A DNA stretch of 64,000 nucleotides from an uncultured Methylomirabilota bacterium (GTDB taxonomy: Bacteria; Methylomirabilota; Methylomirabilia; Methylomirabilales; 2-02-FULL-66-22), in the NCBI GenBank assembly GCA_963845565.1, contig CAWJSJ010000005.1, positions 640,001-704,000 on the forward strand, in the 5' to 3' direction. Position numbers and translations under genes: made by a program. Positions 22,417-31,550 of the stretch are shown one piece after another. A model generated the notes under the pieces. That model was given only the letters and a program-made list of their open reading frames with translations, was not told where the DNA came from and ran no database searches. Within the stretch, counting starts at the first letter, position 1; the number at the start of each line of letters is the position of its first letter.

Positions 22417-24248
22417 GCGACGGGGGCTGGCGGCGCTGGCTGCGGGACGCCGAGGATCTCCTCGTCGCGCTCGCGCTGGCCGCCTTGGTGCTCGTGCCGC
22501 TTGGGGAGATTGTCCTGCGCAGAGTGTTCCACACCGGCATCGCCGGCGCGACCGCCTTCCAACAACACCTCACGTTGCTCATCGGGCTGCTGGGCGGGGC
22601 GCTGGCGGCGCGCGAAGGCCGCCTGCTCACGCTCTCGACCTTGATAGATTTTCTAAAAGGAAAGGGCCAGCGATGGGCGCGCATCTTCAGTAGCGCTCTG
22701 GCGGCGGGCATCAGCGTCTTTCTCTGCATGGCAGCGGCGCAGCTCGTGCAGACGGAACGAGAAGCCGGCAAGATTCTGGCCTACGGGATTCCGGTGTGGA
22801 CCATCCAGGCGATCATGCCTGTGAGTTTCGGCGTGATTGCGCTCCGGGTGTTGTGGCGTGCCGCGGAAGGCTGGCGCGGGCGGCTGGTCGCCGTGTTGCT
22901 GGCCGGTGGGATCGTGTGGACGGGCCTCCAGCCGCCGATCGCGCCCGACCTGCTGGTCCTGCCTGCCCTGGTGACCCTGCTGCTGGCCGTCGTGTTCGGT
23001 GCGCCGATTTTCGTGCTGCTCGGGGGTGCGGCGCTGATCTTGTTCTGGGGGCAGGACCTGCCCATTGCCTCCGTTGCGCTCACCCACTATTCGATGGTGA
23101 CCAACCCCACCCTGCCGACCGTCCCGCTGTTCACCCTGGCCGGCTATTTCCTGGCGGAGGGCGGCGCGTCGAAACGCCTGATCCGGGTCTTTCAGGCCGT
23201 GTTCGGACAATTCCGCGGCGGGGCGGCGATTGTCACGGTGCTGGTGTGCGCATTCTTCACCTCCTTTACCGGGGCGTCAGGCGTGACGATTCTCGCGTTA
23301 GGAGGGCTGCTGATGCCGGTGCTGATGGGTGCGGGATACTCCGAGCGGTCCACGCTGGGATTGGTCACCGGTTCTGGCGGGCTCGGGCTGCTGTTCCCGC
23401 CTTCACTCCCGTTGATTCTCTACGCCATTGTGGCCGGCCTCAACGCCAAGACTGGCGGAGTGACCATCGAAAAGATGTTTCTCGGCGCCCTCGGCCCGGG
23501 GTTGCTGTTGGTTGCCATGGCGGCCGGGGTGGGCATTCTTCTGGGTCCGAAGGACACAGCCGAGCGGCCCGTGTTTGACCGAGTCGAAGTGGGCCAGGCC
23601 ATTTGGGGCGCCAAATGGGAACTGCTCTTACCCGTCGTGGCTCTGGTCGCATTGTTTGGCGGACTCGCCACACCGGTGGAAGCGGCGGCGGTCACGGCAC
23701 TGTATGCGTTCGTCGTGGAAGCCGTCGTCTATCACGATTTCAAGCGCGCGCGCGAGATTCCGCGCGTCATGGCGGATTGTGGTCTCCTGGTGGGTGGCGT
23801 GCTGCTCATCTTGGGTGTGGCGCTCGGCTTCAGCAATTACCTGATCGACGCGCAGATCCCCGCCCTTGCGGCCGAATGGGTCACGGGCGCGGTGAAATCC
23901 AAGTACGCGTTCCTGCTCGCGGTGAACCTGTGCCTACTCGTTGTGGGCTGCGTGATGGACGTGTATTCCGCCATCGTGGTGGTGGTGCCGCTCATTGTCC
24001 CGCTTGGTCTGGCCTACGGCATTGATCCCATCCACCTGGGCATCATTTTTCTCGCCAACATGGAGCTGGGACTCCTGACCCCGACGGTCGGCATCAACGT
24101 TTTTCTCTCCTCGTATCGGTTCGACAAGCCGGTGCTTCAGGTCTCTCGCGCGGTCATCCCGATGCAATGCATGCTGGTGATCGGGGTGCTGTTGATCACC
24201 TATCTGCCGCCGCTCACGACCTTCCTGCCGCGCTGGTTGGGGCGGTGA
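22413..24248 (+). CDS. dctM: TRAP fused small/large permease DctQM
   Basis: PLFTLAG, FTGASGVTI, LGLLFPPS, LLTPTVGIN; ATGA overlap with dctP stop. Confidence 0.92.
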   Translation: MSDGGWRRWLRDAEDLLVALALAALVLVPLGEIVLRRVFHTGIAGATAFQQHLTLLIGLLGGALAAREGRLLTLSTLIDFLKGKGQRWARIFSSALAAGISVFLCMAAAQLVQTEREAGKILAYGIPVWTIQAIMPVSFGVIALRVLWRAAEGWRGRLVAVLLAGGIVWTGLQPPIAPDLLVLPALVTLLLAVVFGAPIFVLLGGAALILFWGQDLPIASVALTHYSMVTNPTLPTVPLFTLAGYFLAEGGASKRLIRVFQAVFGQFRGGAAIVTVLVCAFFTSFTGASGVTILALGGLLMPVLMGAGYSERSTLGLVTGSGGLGLLFPPSLPLILYAIVAGLNAKTGGVTIEKMFLGALGPGLLLVAMAAGVGILLGPKDTAERPVFDRVEVGQAIWGAKWELLLPVVALVALFGGLATPVEAAAVTALYAFVVEAVVYHDFKRAREIPRVMADCGLLVGGVLLILGVALGFSNYLIDAQIPALAAEWVTGAVKSKYAFLLAVNLCLLVVGCVMDVYSAIVVVVPLIVPLGLAYGIDPIHLGIIFLANMELGLLTPTVGINVFLSSYRFDKPVLQVSRAVIPMQCMLVIGVLLITYLPPLTTFLPRWLGR

Positions 24249-24271
24249 ACGAGGTGCGAGGTCTGTTCCGC

Positions 24272-24337
24272 TTTCTCAAGACCATCATCCCGAGTCGAAA
24301 GGCGACGCGGGAATACGGAATCCGGGGGAAGCCATGA
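24272..24337 (+). pseudogene. C-terminal remnant of a BrnT-like toxin
   Basis: FLKTIIPSRKATREYG ending in an ATGA overlap with the antitoxin start. Confidence 0.65.
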
Positions 24338-24798
24338 AGACACTGAATCGGGAAGAGCAGCAGCTTCTTGCTGCATTCGAACGCGGGGCGTTGCGGTCGG
24401 TTATCACCTCGGAAGAAGCCCTGCGACGTTACCAGGAATACGCGCGGACAACGCTCGGCAAACCGCAGCGGGTGAACATCCGTCTCTCAGCCCAAACGCT
24501 GGCGGGCATTCGATCGCGCGCCGCCGAGGAGGGCATGCCATATCAGACGTTGATGGCCACCGTGTTGCATAAGCCGTTGTCAAAGAATTAGTTGAGCGGA
24601 GACATTCCGAAACGGCATAAGGAGCCGTAACGAAATAGAAAGAGATGTATAGGTTATTTCGTAACGGCTCCTAAGTACACGGCGGGCCGGCTGGTCGAGA
24701 AGCGGGCGGCACGATCCGCGCGGCCGAGCCGAGCACCTCGCAAGCGCGTCGCAGCGTGGGAATCATCTCTTCAGGCCGGAATCGCGTTTTGGGCATGA
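24334..24798 (+). pseudogene. BrnA/CopG-like RHH antitoxin interrupted by a MITE
   Basis: RVNIRLS...AAEEGMPYQTLM..VLHK; removing 24573-24674 restores HK-YTAGRLVEK in frame. Confidence 0.82.
24573..24671 (+). mobile_element. 99-bp composite MITE, copy 1
   Basis: TAA direct repeats at 24570-72 and 24672-74; internal GGAGCCGTAACGAAATA...TATTTCGTAACGGCTCC hairpin. Confidence 0.9.
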
Positions 24799-24942
24799 CC
24801 TACCTCCTTCCGAAAACCAGGTGGTTTTTCTTTGGCCTTATAGTGCTTGGCAACATAGGATCAGTCAGGTATCGGTAACACCCGCGCCGCTTCCTTGGCC
24901 GCAGATTTCCGAAACGAAACATTACAAAAAGGAGGGGACCTC

Positions 24943-26550
24943 ATGAGGTTCGTGCGGATCGCGCTGGTGTCCCTGGTCATGGCAGCGGCTGCTCTGCTGC
25001 CGACGGGGAAGGCCGCGCACGCGCAGCAGAAACAACCCAACATCGTCATCATCTGGGGCGACGACATCGGCCAGTCCAATGTCAGCGCCTACTCGCACGG
25101 CCTGATGGGCTACAAGACGCCCAACATCGACCGCGTCGCCAAGGAAGGCATGATGTTCACCGACTACTACGCCGAGCAGAGCTGCACCGCCGGCCGGGCG
25201 TCGTTCATCACCGGCCAGTCGGGCTTGCGCACCGGCCTGACCAAGGTCGGCTTGCCGGGCGCGACGCTCGGGCTGCAGAAGGAAGACCCGACGATTGCCG
25301 AGCTGCTCAAGGCGCAAGGCTATGCGACCGGCCAGTTCGGCAAGAACCACCTGGGCGACCGCAACGAGTTCCTGCCCACCGTGCACGGCTTCGACGAGTT
25401 CTACGGCAACCTCTACCACCTGAACGCCGAGGAAGAGCCGGAACTGCCGGACTACCCGAAAGATCCCGGCGTTCCGCGCCAAGTTCGGACCGCGCGGCGT
25501 GATGGACTGCAAGGCCTCGGCCACGGACGACCCGACGGTGGACCCGCGCTTCGGCAAGGTCGGCAAGCAGGTCTGCAAGGACACCGGCCCGCTGACCAAG
25601 AAGCGGATGGAGACGATCGACGACGACATCGCCAACCGGGCCGTGGACTTCATCCAGCGGCAGAACAAGGCCGGCAAGCCGGCTTCGTCTGGGTGAACTT
25701 CACCCACATGCACTTCCGCACCCACACCAAGCCGGAGAGCATCGGCCAGTCGGGGCGCTGGCAGAGCCCGTACCACGACACCATGATCGACCACGACAAG
25801 AACGTCGGCAAGGTCCTCAAGGCGCTGGACGACCTGGGCATCGCGGACAACACCTTCGTCATGTACCGCACCGACAACGGCCCGCACATGAACACCTGGC
25901 CGGATGGCGCGATGACGCCGTTCCGCAACGAGAAGAACTCGAACTGGGAAGGCGCCTACCGGGTGCCGGCCATGGTCCGCTGGCCGGGCAAGATCAAGCC
26001 GGGCCAGGTGTCCAACGAGATGGTCGCCCACCTCGACTGGCTGCCGACCCTTCTGGCCGATCGCCGGCGACACGCAGGTGAAGGACAAGCTGCTCAAGGG
26101 CTACAAGGTCGGCGACATGACCTACAAGGTCCATCTCGACGGCGACAACCTCGTCCCCTACCTGACCGGGCAAGCCGCGAAGAGCCCGCGGGAATCGTTC
26201 CTGTACATCAACGACGACCAGCAATTGACCGGTCTGCGCTACGACAACTGGAAGCTCGTGTTCATGGAGCAGCGGGCCCAGGGAACGCTGCGCATCTGGG
26301 CGGAGCCGTTCACCACCTTGCGGGTTCCGAAGATCTTCAATCTCCGGACCGATCCGTACGAGCGCGCGGACATCACCTCGAACACCTACTACGACTGGCT
26401 GCTGGATCATGCCTTCATGCTCGTGCCCGCGCAGGACTACGTGGGCCAGTTCCTGATGACGTTCAAGGACTATCCGCAGCGGCAGAAGGCGGCCAGCTTC
26501 AACCTGGATGAAGTGATGGAGAAGCTGAAGGAAAGCGGGGGTCGAAGTAG
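24943..26550 (+). CDS. Secreted arylsulfatase 3 (CTAGR), frameshifted
   Basis: QPNIVIIWGDDIG, QSCTAGRA, GKNHLG; probable stop 26548-50 (as read the frame runs to 26635). Confidence 0.92.
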
Positions 26551-26678
26551 GACGGACGCTGTCGAGGCGCTGTCGGCTGAAGCGTCCGCGGCCGACCACG
26601 TACCTGACGCTCATCGCTGCGCACGCCACTTGTGAAGGCGCATCGGGTGAAACACCTGATCACACTGAAGAGTTCGCG

Positions 26679-28336
26679 ATGATGAAGACCGCCTGCACGC
26701 GGAGCCTCCTCGCCGCCGCGCTCGTCGTGCTGCTGGCGTTCACCGCCACTGATGCCCGCGCCGCCGACCCGCTGCCCTCGTGGAACGACGGCCCGGCGAA
26801 ACAGTCCATCATCGACTTCGTCGCGAAGGTCACGAAGGCCGGCTCGCCGGATTTCGTGCCGGTGCCGGAACGCATCGCCACGTTCGACAACGACGGCACG
26901 CTCTGGTGCGAGCAGCCGATGCCCGTTCAATTCTACTTCGCGCTCGACCGCGTGAAGGCGCTCGCGCCGCAGCATCCCGAATGGAAGACCAAGGAACCGT
27001 TCGCCTCGCTGCTCAAGGGCGATTTGAAAACCGCGCTCGCCGGCGGCGACCACGCGCTCCTCGAACTCATCATGGCCACGCACGCGGGCATGACCACGGT
27101 GGAATTCGAGCAGATCGTCAAGGACTGGATCGCGACCGCGAAGCATCCGAAGACCGGCAAGCTCTACACCGAAATGGTCTATCAGCCGATGCTCGAACTG
27201 CTCGCCTACCTGCGGGCGAACGGCTTCAAGAACTTCATCGTCTCCGGCGGCGGCATCGAGTTCATGCGCCCGTGGACGGAGCAGGTTTACGGCATCCCGC
27301 CGGAACAGGTCATCGGCAGCAGCATCAAGACGAAGTTTGAAATGCGCGACGGCAAGCCGGTGCTCGTGCGTCTGCCGGAGCTGAACTTCAATGATGACAA
27401 GGCCGACAAGCCCGTCGGCATCAACCAGCACATCGGCCGCCGGCCCATCGCCGCGTTCGGCAATTCCCGTGGCGACAAAGAAATGTTGGAATACACGCAG
27501 GGCGGCAGCGGCGCGCGGTTCGATGCTGCTGGTGCTGCACGATGATGCGGCGCGCGAATACGCCTACGGTCCGGCCCTGGGATTGCCGGACGTCAAACTG
27601 GGTGCGTTCACGCAGGCGGTTTACGACCAAGCGAAGAAGGATGGCTGGACCGTGGTCAGCATGAAGGACGATTGGAAACAGGTCTTCCCGTTCGGGCAGG
27701 CCCCGGTCACGGCCATTGACATCCTGCTGGAGCCGGACGCCACGATGCTCCAGCATTCCGCAGCCAACAACGCCCGCCTGCTCGCGGTCTTCCCGAAAGG
27801 TTTCGCCCTGGATGCGACGCACCGTCCGCACATCACGATGATCCAGCGTTTCGTCCGCACGGCGGACCTCGACCAGGTCTATGCCGCCGCCGGCAAGGTG
27901 CTCGCCCGCGCCAAGGTGACCGGCATGAAGCTGGAAGCCTTCAAATACTACTACATCCCGAGCAAGGACCATTGGCCTGGCGGGCATTGTCGCGAAGCCG
28001 ACCCCGGAATTGCTCAAGCTGCAAGCGGACCTGATTGCCGCCGTGGCCCCGTTCACGGTGGAAACCGGCGACTCGTCCGCGTTCGTCACCACGCCCGATG
28101 ATCCGATCATTGACCCGCTCTTGATCGAATACGTTTCGACGTTTGTTCCGAAGGCTTCCGGCGAGCATTTCAATCCGCACGTCACCACCGGCGTCGCCCT
28201 CCGGGAATACCTCGACCAAATGCTGGCCGAACCGTTTGAGCCGTTCACCTTCTCGCCCGCGGGCGCGGCCGTTTACCAGCTAGGCCAGTTCGGCACGGCG
28301 GCGAAGAAACTCAAAGAATGGGACTTGAAGCCTTGA
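26679..28336 (+). CDS. Secreted HAD hydrolase fused to a C-terminal 2H phosphoesterase domain, frameshifted
   Basis: FDNDGTLW, FGNSRGD; then PHITM and PHVTT (two HxT motifs). Confidence 0.85.
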
Positions 28337-28419
28337 GGCGCTCGAAGGCGAGTGGAAACAGCCGCCGATGCAGCGGGTCACATAGGCGAAGTCGCCTTGA
28401 GCGCTGACGTGATCTGGCC

Positions 28420-28478
28420 AGCTAACTCCCGCGTCCAGCGAACGGGGAGGTGCTGCCGCTGCCCGCTGAACGTTACGC
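28420..28478 (+). other. Degenerate attC-like site
   Basis: AGCTAAC...CGCGTCCAGCG...CGCTGCCCG...GTTACGC. Confidence 0.35.
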
Positions 28479-28849
28479 CTTCACGCCGCCGAAAGCCTTT
28501 CCATCCAGCGCCCAGATGCGGCCTTCCCAGGGAGCCAAGGGGGTCTCGTCTCGCACCCCCGGCACCCTACCCAGTGCCGATCACCTTCCATTACCTGCCG
28601 GTCGAGGAGGGAATGTTTTGCACAAGTAGGGACCCGTTCCCCCGGACTCAATCATCATGCTGTCGTCAATCATGGCGTGATTGATACGCAAAACCAATCG
28701 AGGAATCTTGGTGGGGAGGAGAGTGGGGCGACGCGCAGCGCTCGCCTGACACCAGTGGGGGATTCTGAGGTTTGCGCTCGGGCAGCGTGATGGTAAGATG
28801 CGCCCCTGATCGGCACGAGCCACGCGCCAAAAGAGGCGAGTCAGCTATC

Positions 28850-30279
28850 ATGGGACGGAAGAAGCAAGCCGACCGAAAGGGTGGGCGCTCCACGGACCTG
28901 TCACCACCGCCCGGCCCGACACAGGGTCCGGCGGCTCTGCAGCCGGGAACGTCCGAGGCCCCGCCCCCTCCGCCGAAAGAGAAGAAGCCCTCCGGCTTCA
29001 GCATGCTCCTGCTCCACGTTCACCCCAGGATGGTGCCGGAAGAGGCGCTCGCGTTCATGCGCACCTGTGGGCTCGGGGGCATGGCTGTGGTGCTCCTCGT
29101 TCTTCTCGCCGGCACGGGAGCGCTGCTCTTGCTGGCGTACGAGCCCTCCGCGGAGCGGGCGTACGGGTCGGTCCTGGGCCTGCGGGACGACACGGCCATC
29201 GGCGGCTTCGTGCGGAACATCCACTTCTGGGCGGCCAATAGCCTCGTCCTGGTGGCCGTTCCTGCATCTCCTGCGGGTCTTCTACACCGGGGCCTTTCAC
29301 GCGCCGCGACGATTCAACTGGGTCATCGGGCTGCTCCTGCTCAAACTGGTCCTGGCGTCCAACTTCACGGGCTACCTGCTCCCCTGGGACCAGCTCGCTT
29401 TCTGGGCCGTGACCATCGGCACGGGGATGCTGGAGTACGTCCCGCTGGTCGGCCCCACGCTGGAAACGGCGCTGCGGGGCGGGCCCGAGGTCGGGCCCAA
29501 GACCCTGTCCATCTTCTTCGTCCTGCACATCGCGATCCTGCCGATCCTGGGGGCCATCCTCGCCGCCTTTCACTTCTGGCTCGTCCGGAAGGCGGGTGGC
29601 GTCATCCTCCCGAGGCCCCCGGGGCCGGAACCCGCGCCTCGGCCCACGATGGTCCCCACCTCGCCGAATCTGGTGTTCCGCGAAATGGTGGTGGCCCTCG
29701 TTCTGGTGGCGGGTGTGCTCCTCACCGCCGCGGTCTTCGATGCGCCGCTCCTGGCGCAGGCGAATCCGGGCATGAGCCCGAACCCGGCCAAGGCCCCGTG
29801 GTATTTCATGGGGATCCAGGAGCTTCTGGTCCATCTGCACCCGGCTTTCGCCGTCCTGGCGGTGCCGATGCTGGTGGTGGCCTTCCTGGTGTTTCTACCC
29901 TACCTGAACTACGGCGAGACCCCCTCGGGCCTCTGGTTCCACTCGGCCAATGGGCGGCGCACGGCCCTGGTGGCCGCGGGGACGGCCCTGGTGGCAGTGC
30001 CCGCCGGCATCCTCACTACCGAGTATGTGCTGAGCCTCCCGAAGCTGCTTGCCGTTCCTGCCCCCGGCCGTGAGCACCGGCCTGCTTCCCACGGGGGTGC
30101 TGGCGCTCCTGGTGGTGGGGTTCTTCGGACTGAACCGGTGGCGGTTCACGGCCTCCCGGATCGAGGCGATCCAGGCGGTGTTCACGCTGTTGACGGTGGG
30201 GTTCGTGGTGCTCACGGTGACCGGGGTGTTCTTCCGAGGCACGGCCATGCGGCTCACCTGGCCGTGGCTGGCAAAATGA
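28850..30279 (+). CDS. Cytochrome b (b6 + subunit IV-like, fused), frameshifted
   Basis: [51 protein letters not shown]. Confidence 0.92.
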
Positions 30280-30368
30280 CCAATTGCCAATGTTCAAAAT
30301 GTTCTTGTTCCTCAGGGTAAAGACTGTGCGCGGCATGGCCACACATTCATTCACAATCAGACGGGCAT

Positions 30369-30506
30369 AAATCCGAAGCACGAAAATCGAAATTCGAAAC
30401 AATCTCAAATGGCCAAATGCCAACTGTCCTAAACGGGTGAGTTGAGAGATTGTGAATTCTGAAAATTTGAATTTGTCTCGGATTTCGATATTCGAATTTC
30501 GGATTT
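30369..30506. repeat. 7-bp-array inverted-repeat hairpin (empty copy 2)
   Basis: AAATCCG AAGCACG AAAATCG AAATTCG AAACAA ... TTGTCTCGGATTTCGATATTCGAATTTCGGATTT. Confidence 0.88.
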
Positions 30507-30516
30507 CTGAGGAGTC

Positions 30517-31029
30517 ATGGATAGCGAAAAGGCTGCAGCAGTGGAAACGAAGGCCGGGGCCTCGCGGCGGGATTATCTGAGGACCGCGTGGAAGGTTCTC
30601 GGCCTGGTGGCCGCCGCCGAGTTCGCGACCGTGCTGGTGGCCTACCTCTGGCCCCGCGCCAAGGGGGAGGGCGATACACGGGTGGCGGTGGTTGAGGCCG
30701 GCCCCGTCGCCGAGTTCACGCCGGCCTCGGTGACGGCCTTCCCCAAGGGGCGTTTCTACCTGGTCCGGCTCGCCGACGGGGGGTTCCTGGCGCTCTCCAG
30801 CCGATGTTCGCACCTGGGCTGTTCGGTCCCCTGGAATGAGAAGACCCAGACGTTTCCGTGTCCGTGCCACGCGTCCGTGTTCGACATGACCGGCAACGTC
30901 GACAGTCCGCCGGCGCCCCGCGCCCTGGACCTCTTCCCTGTGCGCATCGAGAGCGGCGTCGTGAAAGTGGACACGCGGAACCGGGTCCAGCGGCAGCGCT
31001 TCGAGCGCTCCCAGGTGACGTATCTGTGA
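30517..31029 (+). CDS. Rieske iron-sulfur protein
   Basis: SRRDYL Tat-like anchor, CSHLGC, CPCHAS. Confidence 0.95.
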   Translation: MDSEKAAAVETKAGASRRDYLRTAWKVLGLVAAAEFATVLVAYLWPRAKGEGDTRVAVVEAGPVAEFTPASVTAFPKGRFYLVRLADGGFLALSSRCSHLGCSVPWNEKTQTFPCPCHASVFDMTGNVDSPPAPRALDLFPVRIESGVVKVDTRNRVQRQRFERSQVTYL

Positions 31030-31042
31030 GAACCCGGGGGGA

Positions 31043-31543
31043 AAACTCGAAATTCGAATATCGAAACCCGAAATTCGAAGCAAGCATCAATGTCCAAAAG
31101 AACTGAAGGATCGAAACGGTACGACTTGGAAGAGCGTACCTTGCAGTTTGCGAAGGACGTCCGGGCGTTTGTAAAGGCGTTGCCGCGGACGATCGCGAAT
31201 GAGCAGGATATTCAGGCAGCTCGTGAGAGCATCGGGCTCGGTGGGGGCGAACTACATCGAAGCAAACGAGTCCCTCAGCAAGAAAGACTTTGTGATGCGC
31301 ATCAAGATCTCTCGGAAGGAAGCGAAAGAAAGTCGGTACTGGCTTCGGCTGCTCGACACAGGGGAAAATGATTCGATCGACAAGACTCGGGACGCACTGA
31401 TCCAGGAAGCGACCGAGTTGATGAACATCTTCGGCGCAATCGTGCGTAAGAGCGAATGACCCGTTTCACCGATTGCCGTTTTCGAATCTCGCACTTCGAG
31501 CTTCGAATTTGTTTCGAGTTTCGAAATTCGAGTTTCGGATTTG
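31043..31543. mobile_element. 7-bp-array inverted-repeat element carrying a four-helix-bundle gene
   Basis: Left arm 31043-31095 and right arm 31478-31543, same units as the four empty copies. Confidence 0.8.
31090..31459 (+). CDS. Four-helix-bundle protein (23S rRNA IVP / Avd-like family), one indel near 31210
   Basis: YDLEERTLQFA, QLVRASGSVGANYIEA, KEAKESRYWLRLL, EATELMNIF. Confidence 0.93.
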
Positions 31544-31550
31544 GGTTCTC

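Noticed and set aside
21246..24248. Apparent 1000-aa DctP-DctQ-DctM triple fusion
   Set aside because: One extra base near 22372 explains it; the alternative frame gives QLKTFRAARGEGKK-stop overlapping the ATG at 22413
24832..24848. Sigma-54 promoter upstream of sulfatase 3
   Set aside because: TGGCCTTATAGTGC has GG-N9-GC, not the required N10
11205..27470. HAD paralog similarity as a TR/VR pair or assembly duplication
   Set aside because: Differences look like ordinary codon-level divergence, with distinct signal peptides and C-termini
31090..31459. Diversity-generating retroelement or rRNA intervening sequence
   Set aside because: No reverse transcriptase, no TR/VR pair with adenine-specific mismatches, and no rRNA in the window
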